Shown here: positions 36,644 through 50,708 of the stretch, piece by piece
How the letters are laid out: each line of letters begins with the position of its first letter
Numbering within the stretch: position 1 is the first letter of the stretch
From: Psilocybe cubensis
Lineage: Eukaryota
Length of the DNA stretch: 64,000 bases
Assembly: GCA_017499595.2 (NCBI GenBank)
Contig: CM039001.1
Location: 992,001 to 1,056,000 of the forward strand
Direction of reading: 5' to 3'
Translations under genes and position numbers: made by a program
The notes under the pieces: model-generated
Databases searched by the model: none
What the model saw: the letters and a program-made list of their open reading frames with translations, nothing else
What the model was told of the DNA's origin: nothing

Positions 36644-38077
36644 AGCCGAACCTGCGCCAACCAACGATCTATTGGTTAAAACTCGTGCGGCGTATTGAAG
36701 ACAAGTTTGTAGCAACTGCGACTATGTCTGCGAGACAGTAGCTATTTACGTAGTTCCTGTAGAAGTGACCCAACAGCATGAGGAAATGGGCCGTGAGATG
36801 ATGTTGAATGCAGCATGTCAATGCCAAGTCATCCATACTATAATTAGCACATGAGGCTACTGGCCCGGCAGGCTGCAGCTGCCGAGAATTGAACATTTTC
36901 GTCTGCTGTAACTTGTAAGTCGTTGAGAATTTAGAATCTTAGGCCTCGATTGTCATAGGTACAACTACAAGAAGATGGGTTGACACGGCGGGATATTCAG
37001 ATTATAGAATTCCCACAACGTAGGTAATCAAATGTTACAACATACTTGAAATATATTGGGCCATCCGTCTTTCACATTCATTTGAAATATAATGCTGTCA
37101 AATATATCAAGTTTCTTACCACATACAAAGGTGCTTTATGTTTTAAATTGAAAGGAACCTCATATCAGTAAAATGACCGCACAATGCCTTTCGGGCATTG
37201 GGGCCTTTGGACGCCTCCAAATGCCTTGTCAAGGCATTTGGGGATCCGGACACTTTTGCTGATGAAAGTGCTTCAAGTTCAAAGCTGTTCAAAGTCAACA
37301 GTGAAGAATGCCTAGATGTGAGAATAAATGATATATCAATATGAGTAACAGTAGACTCTGCGGTATTGCTGAAGCATGAATAAGAGTGCTGTAGGAGACA
37401 ACTTGGGGCTGAGAAGCCTCCACAAAGCTTCAGACGTTTTTGTTACATGTGGCTTACATGATCCTGAACACGAGAGCACACCATTCAACATTGTCAACGT
37501 GACAACGTCAGTGATCACATGTCTGGAAAACGTGTGTAAACGGAATAGGACTTCGGGTTTTTTAAGTTCCGGGGGGTTTCGACCTAATTAGCAGTTTGGG
37601 AGAGGCTTTTATTACAAACGTACCATTTCATTCGCTGGTAGAGAGTGGCATCATCCACTCCAGAGTCGGCAAGGTATTGTAATAGTTTGCATCAACCTAC
37701 ACCATCGTATCTGGGCATTCAATTTCATTACGACAGCGGCTCATTTTAAGATTTTTTTAAACACTGTGCAAAAAACAATTCGTCTTTTTCATGGGAGTTT
37801 TATGGGCGTGTATTGAATCTCGAGACATGTCGCGTCGCGTCTGTATCGCGTCCTACCGTGACAGTGACAGCATTAGGCACGTGATACTACTGATTGACAC
37901 AATGGAAGTCACATTGGCGGCCTTGTAGAACGAACTTAAAACGAACTAAACTTTTCAATAAACCTGTCGCGGTTATCGGAAGAGCCCCAGGACTCTGCAC
38001 CCTACGCGCTTTGTCTACCTCTATTCTCTACCACAACATACTTTTTTTAATTCGGATCGTTGAAAACGAGCCTGTAT

Positions 38078-41000
38078 ATGTCAGTAGGGCGTCCAGATCC
38101 AAATTATATTCCTAAGTTCGTTTCGCCGGAAGAATACAACCGCAACAAAGCCAGTATCGAAGCAGCTCGAGCTAAACTAGAAGAATATGCACGATTGAAT
38201 GAAGTCGCCAAAAGGAACTTCGAGCTCAAGGAACAAGAGGAAAGAGAAGAGCGCGAATTAGCTCAAAAGATCCAGGAAGGAGAGTTAGCAAAGTAAGATA
38301 TTCATCTCTGACATTACAGATGATACATTGCTAATTTCATTGAAGACAAAGGCTTCTACAGCTTAGGAAACGGAGGTCCTTAGCGTAAGCACGTTTCTCT
38401 GTTCTTTTCCCTCAGGCTACGAATGACCCTGACATCTAGGATTACGGATGGGAGTATTGCGGGCTCTTCCTCAATAGAGAATGTCGGAGATGGTTATGTT
38501 GGGGTCAGTGGTCACATTAACGTTTTTCCTTTTGATTGTTCCAATTCGCTTTACGCAGGAAATCACTTCGTTTCAACAGAACTCCGCGCCATATCCTCAG
38601 TCGATGTCCCAGCCTATGAGACAATCAACTTCTTCCTACGATGTATCATCATCCTATAATCATCCTGGCCATATTCAACAACCTCAGCTTTACGGTCCTC
38701 CACAGTCATATTCTGATTCATCTCAAATCAATTCCAGCAGGGTCCCGCAAAATCAGTACTCAACCCTTCCTCCCAGCTACCCAAACAACCAAGGTACACG
38801 ACACAATCAATCGTTCAATTCTGGACAGTCATTTTCTGGGCAACAACCACCCAATCCTCCACGACATCAAGGGCATCAAACAACGACGCAAAACTCGCGT
38901 GGTATGTACCCTCATCCATACCAGGTTACCAGTATGTTTTGATGCCTATTTAAGTCATGCTAAAGCTGATTATCCCCAAAGATCCTAGCTCTTCAAGTCT
39001 TGTTGGTGCTCTTGGGCCAAATCCATCCACAACAACATCATCATGGGACGCTGGCCAAGCCTCTTCATTGCCGTCGCCTTTGTGGGACATATCCATGCCC
39101 GCGTCTCCTTCTGTGGCCCAACTTCAAAGTATAAAACAATACTTGAATCAATGGGCATCTAGCGTACCCCCACAGACGCATTATAATGCAACCATATTAT
39201 GGGATACCTATGTTGTAAAGTGCTTTAAAAACCGGGAAGGCATCATCGTGTTTTCGATAGAAACCCCCAATGGAACTATTGAGGCAGCTGCACATGGCAT
39301 TTTGGACGATCTTATAGCTAAAGTCAAACCGCCACCACAGCCAGCCGTAAACCCTTCGGCACAAATGCCACCCACTGTAGCGCAAACTATTCAAGGTACT
39401 TCTCATTCAAGCATTCGAGCACCCAATCCTACCGGTCACATCCCCTCCACTACTTCCCCGTCAGCCACACAAAACAATTCGTCAGCTGCACAGAATATGG
39501 CAGTTAATCAGACAAATGTTGCTCCAATTTCCCAAGCGCCTACAGAGCATATTGCTCAAACGTCACAGCAGCGTGCCAACCCTGTGAGTGTTTCATCGTC
39601 AGCTAAATCGATTACACCAAATACCCAAGTGGCACCACCTTCTTTACCACCGTTATTGACTGTTTCTCGTGCTACAACTGGGCAATCTGCAATCTCCAGT
39701 GCATCAGTAACCCCTCAAGGACCATTGACACCATCCAAACAGCCTTCTTCAGAACAATTGACCCCAAGTATAACCCCACAACAGGCTGACAAGAGACGGA
39801 TTGCACAATCGCTTCTATGGGCCTTGGGAAAACGTCCCAGAGAAAGCCCTTCGGACACTGAGTCGCAAAGTTCCAAGAAACGTGCAATCGAAATAAGTCA
39901 GGCTGAAAATTCCAATGATGAAGCTCAGACCGCGATTTCTGCGGCGAGGATTAACAGCCAGCCTGATACTGTACCTCCACCTCATCCAATAGATCACGCG
40001 GGCCCTTCTAAAGTCTCTCAGCACTCTAATCAACCCTCTGATGTCAGTGCCCTGTCAACTACGCACTCTATGGATGTTCCCCCTACTGTGTCATCTAAAC
40101 CTTTCAATCCTGGAGTTGTAGAAAATTTATCCACTCAAGACAGTCGTTCTACCGATCACCGACAACCCTCACAATCAAATACAAGGCTTGTGCCAAATAA
40201 TGTAACAACGAACCCCAAATATCATCCCAACGTAAGCAGGTCGGTAATACCGAACCCAAAATATTATCCCAGAGCAGGTAAGTAACTATACAAATCCTCC
40301 GACAGCTTGAAATCTTATTTATCGGTGTAGACTACAATACATTTGTTTGGAAATCAGGCGAGCCTGGATCATCTTCGCAAGTGCCATCTGGTCGGGTGCA
40401 AAGTGCTACCCAAGATGAGCCCGAGAAATCCATACCCGATAAGCTACCGGAACATTCTACACATGTGCAGAGCTTTGCTTCAACGCAGCTTGCGTCAGCT
40501 CCTACCACGCTCTTACCTGTCTCGGCTTCCCTTTCGACTTCAAGCAACACACATGTCACACTTTCACATCCACAGACTGTTGTGATGCCTCTAGAATCCG
40601 AACCAAAGGAGGAACCGCAACAATCTAGTGTTACCTCAAGTTCACAAAAAGTTGTTGAGAAATTTGGTTCTGATGTATCAAATATTCCTGTTGAAACTAA
40701 GCCACGATCTACGGCTGCACACACTGTTCGCGACAGTCAGGAACCAGGTCCCTCTGCCTCGGTAAGCTCACCTGCGCCTACAAAATCGACTACATCGCCT
40801 CATTACTCCTCTGTGAAGCAGACAAACCGAGAGCCTTTGTTTTTACCGTCATCGTCACCTGAATCAGGTCCTTCTTTCTCTCAAAAACAGAGCAAGACCC
40901 CTGTCGCAACAGTGCACAATGCCAATAAGATCTTGAAGCGCATAGAACATAGAGCATATGTGATGGTGCCGCCTGCTCCGGATTACCTTGTTCGCTACCG

Positions 41001-42410
41001 TGAGCAGTTGCGTCGTAAACAGGTTAGGGTGATGCGGGACGAGGAAGAGGAAGAACCAGTTTCTTTACCTGAATCAACAGTTGAGGAGGAAGGTGTGTGA
41101 CAAAGTATTTAGGTATGAACTAGCCGTAACATGAAGTTCAGATTTTTGGTACACGTTCGAAAGTCAGAGGGGTTCCCCGAGTGGTGAGTGACTTTTCACG
41201 GGGACTTTGCATGTGTAAATCAAAGTAAGCAACGGATTTCTAAGATGGTCATCCTAGATGAGAATGAGCGTGAAGCAATAAAACTTGCTTGTTCAAGATT
41301 GCATCCATCGCCATGCAAATGGGATGGATGTGACGCCATAATGAATTCTGGAGGGGCCTTGATCCGTCACCTCAATATGCACAAACCCGAGCGGAATCAG
41401 AATATTGTCAGTGGCTTTGTTGCATCTGGCCTTCATAATTCCATCTACTAATATGTGGGATAATGCAGCGAACTTTTATGTGTCGGTGGACACAATGCGG
41501 TCAACAGGGTGTTCGGTTTGAAGATTCTCAACATCTCAAAAAGCATGCTTTGCTACCATTACGGTGCGCGTATAAGGGTAGGGTCACATCATTCTCCATA
41601 TGATATGTACGGGCGCTAAATACATAACAGACTGCAAAGAAACTTTCCGATCCGGGGGACAGCTGCTCAAGCACTTCCGCAAGAGGCATGCTGATGGACC
41701 GCTGAAGCCATCGGCTAAACCAGAGCCACCAATAGCGGAAGTAGACGTCGAACTTCCTGATATTCCGGAGCCTTTCCCTTCATATTTGCTATCTACGGAT
41801 CTGGCTTGCGGGGAGGTGCTCTCCGAAGAACGGCATCGGTTGGTCGGTCAACAAGTAAGTCTCCAAGGTATGAGCATTAAAGTGCCAGCCATCTAAATAC
41901 GACGTCATGCAGGTTCTTATGAATATAACCTTTGTCGATGACGGTACATCGCTCAAACGTCGACCGAAGAAGACTGCCCGGCCTGCAAGTCGGACCTTGC
42001 CTGACCCAACCGCCCGTCTTACAAGCGATTACCAGTTTTTGGTGACGAAAGACTCTGCCAGGTCATCAACGTATTCGTCAAAGGCCTGTGACATTAATCA
42101 CGAAGACCTTGATTCGGCGCAGATTTCAAGAATAATCAAAGAAGGGCTGGTGCTCTGGGGATCGGACGAAGAGAATGACGGGGGCGCTGCCGAGGTGGTG
42201 GCTGCACCACCCGGTTCACCTCTATTTTCGCCAAAACCACAGCAACAGTTGTTGGATGCGACAACCGCAACACCGGGTTATGACCGCTCTGACTCTGGCT
42301 CTGTGCATCGCCAACCTGAATTCGATGGGTTCCACACTAGTGATGTAGAAGATGCGGCGGTTGAGAACATGCTGACAGATGTTGACATTGACTTAACATT
42401 GACCTCGTGA
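38078..42410 (+). CDS. Large low-complexity protein with three C-terminal C2H2 zinc fingers (putative transcription factor)
   Basis: CKWDGCDAIMNSGGALIRHLNMH, CRWTQCG…HLKKH, CAYKDCKETFRSGGQLLKHFRKRH across spliced exons; N-terminal coiled coil; could be mis-merged at the 5' end. Confidence 0.7.
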
Positions 42411-42723
42411 TACATTCATGGCGAATTTGCGTCGTGAACTTGGGATAGGTGTATGTTGTAGTTATATAGGGGGACGAGACGACTCCTCGAATCTTGTGCG
42501 CACATAGATATATATTTACTCGGAGGAATAGCATCGCCAAAGCAGTATGTAACAAAATGGACATCAAGATCTGTTTGAAAGAAGTTGGTGCCGGCTTGTA
42601 TGTTCTCTATTCATACATTGATGGACGAGATATTGCCGCCGCCTGAGAAAATGGACTGTTTTCGGATAACATCCTGTTCTTGGAAAGTCTCAGTTAAATT
42701 CCTCTTTCTGCTGGCCCCCGACA

Positions 42724-45700
42724 ATGGCTGGAGTGGGTGATGGTAGTGGTGAGCTCCGTCCCTCCATCTCGTCCTGCTCATCGTACTCATCGCCTCCAGG
42801 TCCCTCGTACATTTCTGCCCATTCGGCGGATGTCATCCTCTCCGACATACGTCCTATAAAGCTCAAGGTCGAAGCTTTGCGCGCCATCAACGCTTTGCTC
42901 GATGAATTTTTGTCCAAGATTCTGAGCACCTCTTGTTCTCTTGCCACAGACAAGCTGAGGGCGGGCCTGCTCACGTTACTCCCCACCAGTCTCGGAAAGG
43001 AAGCATTGCTAGAAGCCGAAGTCGAACTACGAGCTTATTGGGAGAGGACAGATGTAAAGGTTGCTACAGAGGATGATGATTCACGGACGTTCCATTTTGA
43101 ATGGGCTTATGAAGTGCGTTTTTTCTCATATATAATGTTCTTGTCTAAAACTTCCAACTGCTTCTAGCTTTTACGGCAGAAGTGCGAGGCATATTCGACT
43201 TTAAATGAAGAGGATGAGGACCCTGCTGCCGAGGCTCGTATTAATGAACAGTTTGGGAAACTCCACCCTCACCCGCCTAGTAACGCCTTGTTGGATCCAG
43301 CAGCGCTATACCTGACAGCGATCCTAGAGTGAGCCTTTTGACTATGCAACTTTACTTCAATTCTGACCACGATTCCTCAGGTCTATGTGCGAGTGCGTAC
43401 ATTCAAATGATCTCATAATGCGCCCATCTCACATACCAATCTGCAGGCATATCCTCTCTAATGTTGGCCGAGTTGCCGCCCGTGATAGCAGTCGAACCTT
43501 TGCCACAGTGAACGATCTATTTGTGGCCCTCTGTGAAGATGATTCAATATATGGTCTCTTCAGATTGATGAAAAGTTCGTGTTGCTTTGACACTGGCTGA
43601 TGCCCATAGAGTTTCTAACTCGTTATATCCAGTTTACGAGCAGATAGAATTGCTGTCGAAGACCCCTAAAACACGGCGCAGCAAGTCCTTCTCACGAAGT
43701 GACCGACTATCAATATCGCGGACATCCTCTCCACAACACGATCTCACTTCAGCAAAGTCGCGACCATCCCTCGAAGGACAAACATCAACCACGACGCCCT
43801 CTTCCGCTGCTGGCTCGCGGACATCAGTTGAAAAGACAAGAGCGATCAGAATGTTCACGAATGGGAAATCTCTGGGCGACATTGAAGCAGCACCTGGTGG
43901 TCACAAGAAGTCGGAGTCATTAAAAAGCGAAAGTTTGAAATCGTTTCCTGACAACGAGGGGCAGAATCCTGCCGAAGTGAGTGGACAATTCAATAACGCT
44001 TAGAGCGTAGGTTTTAAATACTGATACAGGATGCGGCCATGCTTCGCGAGTTCGACGATTTAATGCGCTCTGCATCCACAATGAAGGTTTCGCTGACTCC
44101 TGATCGGCTAAAAACGATGGAGGTGAGTGATGGGCTCGACTGGCTTAGTCAGCATCTAAGGTTTGTTACCAACAGATGTACAAACAAGAAAAAGATCAAC
44201 GGAGCGCGACTCGGCGGCCAGGCACTCATTTTTCTTCAAATTCAGAACCGGATATCCCTCCTGCTTCTCGCCTCAATTCCCAGCGCCAGCCTCTTCGCCA
44301 CGTCGATTCCATCGTTGAGGACGACGAGGAGCACAGCAGTCCCACCCCGCGCACACGCAAACTGAGCACAACCGTACCCCCGGTGCCCCCTCTCAGCCCT
44401 GTTCTCCCAGCCAGAGCCAGGTCTATCTCTACATCCAGTGCCCTCCACGCAGCCTCCAGAAAGCCTCTTCGCAATCCGTCTCTGTCAGCCGCCTCCTCTT
44501 CTTTCTCACAATCCGACAAGGCATCCAACATGGTCCAATCTAGAGACATGCGCTATGGCAAGCCCTCGGAAGGCAACGGATTTCCTCCCCGCACACGCGT
44601 CAGACAGCGCAACAGGGACTCTATGGACCTGGACGATGTTATGAACGGCTCCGACGATGATCATGAACCAGACGTCCCTGTCCGGCAGCAGCCACAATCT
44701 CCCCCGGGTGCCCGACGTGTGAACGCCCCCCCTATAAAGCCTGCTGTTTCGGCAAAAACGCGAGAGTTGATGGACTTTTTGGCAGAAGGCCCTCCTGATT
44801 CAGGTCCCCCACCGGCACATGTCTCTAAAAACGGAAGGGAACTTATGGATTTTCTCGCTGATGGTCCACCAGACTTTGGAAATAACGCAGCAACTGTAGA
44901 TCCTTTCAAGCCCAAGGGTGCAGGACGTCTGCAGAGGATGATATCCAAGTTAAATCTAGGAAATGCAGAAAAGATAAAAACAGGTTCGGAGGCACCCAAA
45001 ACTCCACATTCGACAACAAGTCCGAGAACACAGCAACCCCCGACACCAGTTCGCCCCAATGGCATCGCTACAAAGGCGTCCATGGGATCTTTAGCCAATA
45101 GACCTATTCCTCCTAGGCCTGCCCAACTCATGCAACCTCCACCACCCCCCATCTCGCCGCCTTCGTCTCCTCATGATTCATCAGACGAAAATAAATCTAT
45201 GCGCAACCTACCTCGAAAACCACATCACGATACTAGCTTCTCTAGGGATCCATCTTTACACGAAAAATCTATTTCTGAAAGGGCATCACCTGTAATCCAA
45301 CCAGCATCTCCCATTCCCCAATCTCCGACCCCGAGGCCGGACAGCTACTCTAGATCTACTCCTCCTATGCGCATGAATGGTAACGGCACTGCAAGACAGG
45401 ATCGCGTTCCCAAGGAGGTCCTATCGGACGCGCAACCTCTCGTTCCCGTCCGGACGACATCTATTCCTTCACCGACACGCAAGCCAGTACCATCTGTGCT
45501 TTCGACAGGTCTTCCTGCCATTCCCGAACCCGACGTTAGGGATATGCAACGCCTTTTGGCGAGCGCGACCACTGCAGATGAATGTCGTCTCATCTTTGAT
45601 ATGTATATGGCGCGTAATGGCATTCCTCGCGTCCCAAAGCCATCTACTGTCCCATATCCTTCCCCCTCTCCATCCGTTGTCAAACACACACCTTATGTCG

Positions 45701-45918
45701 AAGAAGCGACAGTGGAAAATTCTCTTGTGGAACTTTTCCTTGGTGGTATGACTGGACCAGAAGCTACATCTGAGCTTCCCTATTCTGAGGATGGGGTGAC
45801 TGATGGAATGCCAATCCAGAATGATGGTTCTATCGATGCGAACACTCTTCACCATGACATTGTTTCTCCTGGAGTTTCTATTACCCCAAGTCCTCAGACG
45901 ATACCTCTTCGTGCATAA
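42724..45918 (+). CDS. Protein with N-terminal histone-fold-like domain and Pro-rich tail
   Basis: EALRAINALLDEFL…, PAALYLTAILESMCEHILSNVGRVA…TVNDLFVALCED resembles the H2A-type fold; duplicated RELMDFLA(E/D)GPP motif; multi-exon. Confidence 0.75.
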
Positions 45919-46165
45919 TTCTACTTTTATATTTAAAGTATACCAACATTACAACATTTTCCCTTTTGGATTTTATTCCACTATAATATATTTGCCATGC
46001 TGGAAACCCCTTTCATTATTTTCTATTCTTTTTTTTTTACCATTTCAGGCAGTAAAGCCCGTCCACACCCTCTTTGTGTATTTCATGTAGTTAGTTGTAA
46101 TTAGTTGGCAGGCGCAATCAGGGATAATAAATGTTGCATAACGTAGTATGTAAAGAAGGAAATAA

Positions 46166-49100
46166 CTATCGAACTTCCAAGGATACGGCGATACCCATGG
46201 ATGCCAGCTCTGCGCATAGATACCTAAACACATATGGTACAGCAACGACATCTAGGTCACCGCCTTTTGATGATACTCGGTTGAGCACATGTTGTGATGA
46301 GATTGCCACCCGAAGGTCTGCCTGTGGGGGTTGTAGGCTCTGACCAGAAGCCAATGCTTGTCGTTCGCGTTCCTCCAGCTCTTCGGCAGCTGCCCTACAA
46401 ACTCGGCAGTATTCCCCACCTGGTCCAGTGGGCTTTAGTGAACCCGAGTTTCCTACGACCATCTCTCCAAGGCTAATATCGTCGTAACCAAGAGAAATGA
46501 GGCTCCCACAGGTTCGGCAGACCCATGCAGTGGAATAATCCGAGCAATTCATCAATCTGTCTTGTAGCAAGAAAGATGTACCGTGGGCAATCAACGCGTC
46601 TCGTTCCATCTCTCCAAAACGAATACCACCTGCACGTTTGCGACCCTGATATGTGAATTACAATGTCAAAAGCTTATTTTGACCCACAATTTCGTGATAT
46701 GTACTCACCTTGACGGGTTGACGCGTTACTGGATCGACAGGGCCTGTTGTACGAACTTGGAATTTGTCCAACACCATGTGACGTAATCGTTGGTAGTAGA
46801 CGACCCCGATATAGATGTCTGCTGCAAACTCTTGTCCCGTTATGCCTGAGTACATAGGTTCATTGCCATAATAATTATACCCTGCAGCCACTAGTTGTTC
46901 TCCGAAATAGTTGATCGCGGTATCTTCTTCTGAAAATCTAAAAGTATTTTGGTCAGCATAAGCGATATTTTTATTTTTATACCTCATCTAATCTCACTTG
47001 AAGGGCGTGGCATCTTGAGCAAGGCCATGCATAGCTCCAGCTTTGCCTGCCATACTTTCGACTAACATGCCTATTGTCATGCGAGAGGGGAAAGCATGAG
47101 GATTGATGATGACGTCGGGTTGCATACCGCTCTCGCTGAAAGGCATATCTATGGCAGGCCATTTCTGAGAGCAAACACCTTTCTGTCCGTGTCGCGATGA
47201 AAACTTATCACCGATAACAGGTGCGCGGGTAATGCGCAATGTTATGTGAATTTTTTGCAGTTCGCTATCTCCAGCATCACTGCCTGTCAACTAGTTAGCG
47301 ACATACTTATAGAAAGCAATATTTATGCCTACCGAGAAGGCGTACTTGATCTACATATCCAATTTCATCGCCTTTATATTTGACAAACTTCGTCCGACCA
47401 GTCGTATCGTCGACGTAGGCAGCAATGTAGTTTCCAGATACCAATCTTGCGCCAATGTGAGGAAGACCATCATAATCAAGGAAGTCCAGGCAAGGATGCA
47501 TTTTCTCTCCAGATAGGGGAATATCATTACCTAGACCGAAATGGAGAGTGGGTGAAGCAGTGGATTTGGAAGCCCCCCGCATGTCCTTGAGATCGACGAT
47601 TTGAGATTTGTATACTGTTCCATAAGCAAAGCCACGTTCGTGTCCAGATTTATTGAGAATCATGGCATCTTCCATATCGTAACCTGTATACGAAATAACG
47701 GCGACGATTGCATTGGTACCGTTAGGGAAAGCATCCATGGCGTATGTATTGTGCAAAGCAGGGCGCACTACGGGGCTTTGACCGGTTTGCAGCCGGTACA
47801 GCTTGTTGTCTGTTCGATGTTGAAGGGCCGTCGACGGAGTACCCATGGTTTGTTTACCCATCTGCAATAATAGAATCAGAACCGTTATATTCAAAGGCAT
47901 TTGAGGTGTATGGTTACCTGGCACTGGTAGATGTTTCGAGGGCTCTAAAAGTGTTACTGTTTAGATGCACCTTCTTTCATACATTGAAGATAGATACACA
48001 TGCCTGATTGAAATCGGAGAATGGAGTAAGGTTGGCCAGGATTGATAAAAAATTCGTTGCTTCATGCTCAACGTGCGTGGACACATTCGGTTCAATTTCT
48101 TCAGGAGTGCAGGCAATATCCATATAAACCTGTTCAAACGGTCCAACTTGATCGTCTCGACCGTTGGCAAGATATTTTACAGGTCGCATCATTCGTGCTC
48201 TCGTTGAAAACAAGTAAAGTCCGGGGTATTGACCACCTTTCGATTCCGGAACGAGTCCAATCTCCAGATCCAATGGTACGTCCAGTTTTCCTTCTGTTTT
48301 CCATATTCTCAGGTTGGTAGCCAATTGCTGTGCAATGGATGGTCGGGCCCATCCTATAACGCGACCATCGAGTTGTACACAGAGATTTTTTCGACCATCA
48401 ATTGATGGGGTGAATGCCTGTGTCATGCCATGGGCAGCAAGAAGAGCAGGTATGTGGGCAACTGCAAGAGGACTCGTGACGATTCGACATGATCGAGATA
48501 AATGGTTTAAGAGACCACATGGCGACCCATCAGGGGTATGTACTGGACATAAGAAACCTGCGATACACAAGTTTAACGAAGAAAAACAGGAAACGGTGTC
48601 TTAGTCTCACCCCACGCCTCAGGTAGCAATTTACGGACGGTGGTAGTCTTGAGTTCGGCGAAGAATGCACCACGATGAATACATCGGAAATGACTGATGT
48701 AACGCTGCCAGTTCAATTTTTCGGCAATAATGGTAAATCCTGAAGCTTGTTGCAAGTCAAGACCGGTTGGTGATATAAGGTTACCTGTGGCTAAGAAATT
48801 GGCGAGTTTAGATCCAATGTCACAATTGACTTTCGATAATGCCTTCAAAAAGTATCTTTCTGTATATACAATTTAACATAACGAATTCGAATGATAGATA
48901 TTTTTGCTTACTGTCATTGAAATCGACTGCCAAACCGTTTCTGACGTCGGCCATAATGTTACTTTTTATATTGTTCAAAATGTCCTCCATACGCTCTTTG
49001 ATGATCATTCCGTACAGACTTCCTGGCAACAAAACCTCTTGATGCTGAGGTGAATCAGGGTTGTCAGCACAACATGCTCCGGACACCAGAGAATACAGCT

Positions 49101-50444
49101 TTCGAAGCATGAATCTGTGTCAAAGATGAGCATGCAATTCAAATGTTTTGAACGTCTGTACTTACAATAGCATCCTAAACTTGTCTCTGGGCGATTCGAC
49201 ATGAACCAGGATCATCTTCTTGATCAACCAGGCGCCTTGTGCAGCATTTGACCAGTCCTCTGGAAGACCTAAAATTACCCGGAATTTATCACCTAGGTAT
49301 TCCAAACATTGGTCCCCAGTGTGCATTGTGAACATTTTGAAACTGCGTAGGAGTAGCTCAACTCGATCCGACAGGAAGGTGTTCTCGTAATCCTGCATCA
49401 TGACTCCTTCAAATATTTCCTTATCTGAAGCACCAACAAGGGCCTTGAGAACGAGCATTATGGGGATTACATATTCTTGCTTTCGCCATGTAAATCTGAG
49501 CATGGCACTACCGTTTTGCAGATAGTGAAGGGTGTTGGTAACGCTGGTTTGGTCAGGACGTACGCAGCGAATTTGAACAGCATACTGGGTATATGAAGGA
49601 CCTCGATTGGTGAAGGAAGGGCGAAGCAAGGAAATGACATGATTGCGGCGAGGGAGAATGAGATAGCGAATTAGACGCTCGTTACCATTGATGACAAAAT
49701 AGCCGCCGAATTCTTCAGGTTCTTCGTGATGTTTGACAAGATCTGCAGATGACATAGACCTCAGATTACACCTAACCGACTGTACTTTATTGAGTAAAAC
49801 TTTGTATGTTAATTGGAGCAAATATACATACCCGAACCATGATGGGTACAAGACCACAATCTTTCATTGTATCGTGTTGTTGGCCAGAGGTGTCTGTCCA
49901 GCAAATCTTGATAGTCATACGACCGCGATATGATGTGAGACGTTCTCGAGCCTTTTCATCTTAATTAATTTTTTGCAATGTCAAAACGAGGTCAGAATAC
50001 TGACTTCGGTTGGAAATACTTTGCGCTCCGTGGCTGTTCTGTCTTTATCAGGAACCATAGGTCGAGCTACTGTAACTTGCTCTATCCACACTATTTCACC
50101 ATAAGCACAAAAACACCTTAAAGAGATTACTTCTGACACTCACCTCTCATTCTATTTCCCCAACCTCCAGTACCGTTCTCTGAATCGGCTCTTCCAGACC
50201 CATCGAATATGACTCGTTCTCCGATATCTTTTAAGCAAAGATTCAAAAGGCCTCTCCCATCACCGTCTCCAGAAGGCAATCCTGAATCATCAAATAACGC
50301 ATTAAAAGATTCAATATGCGGGGCGACAAACTCGTTCAGGATATTGTATGTTGAGCCGTCTTTTGGGGGGTTTCTAAAAGATTCTTCACGAGCAAGAGTA
50401 TTGAAAGTAGATTTGTATAGACTTCTTCCCGACCCGTCTGGCAT
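46166..50444 (-). CDS. RPA135: DNA-directed RNA polymerase I second-largest subunit
   Basis: [90 protein letters not shown]; Pol I-specific variants. Confidence 0.97.
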
Positions 50445-50708
50445 TTTGGAAGTTATTACTGGAGTGTAAGTCCAGGAGTCTGAAGTCAAGAAAAGTCGTG
50501 AATGGTTAGTACGATCGAACCCTAATTGGGTATCCACAAAAATTGTGCACGTGCCTTTACCCAATGAAGAATCGTGTGAAGCATAGACCATACACAGCCT
50601 GGCGGAGTCTTAACTGACTAAAGAGAGGGAGAATTGGGCTCAAGGCCATTGTCGTTGGGTAGGACAGCGATAACAACTTTTCCTCTTTCTTTTCTCCATT
50701 CTACCGAA
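50445..50708. promoter_or_regulatory. Compact divergent intergenic region (probable bidirectional promoter) RPA135/NUP98
   Basis: Head-to-head starts only about 265 bp apart; similar arrangements at 3298-3662, 12008-12286, 28876-29238 and 62697-62868. Confidence 0.5.
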
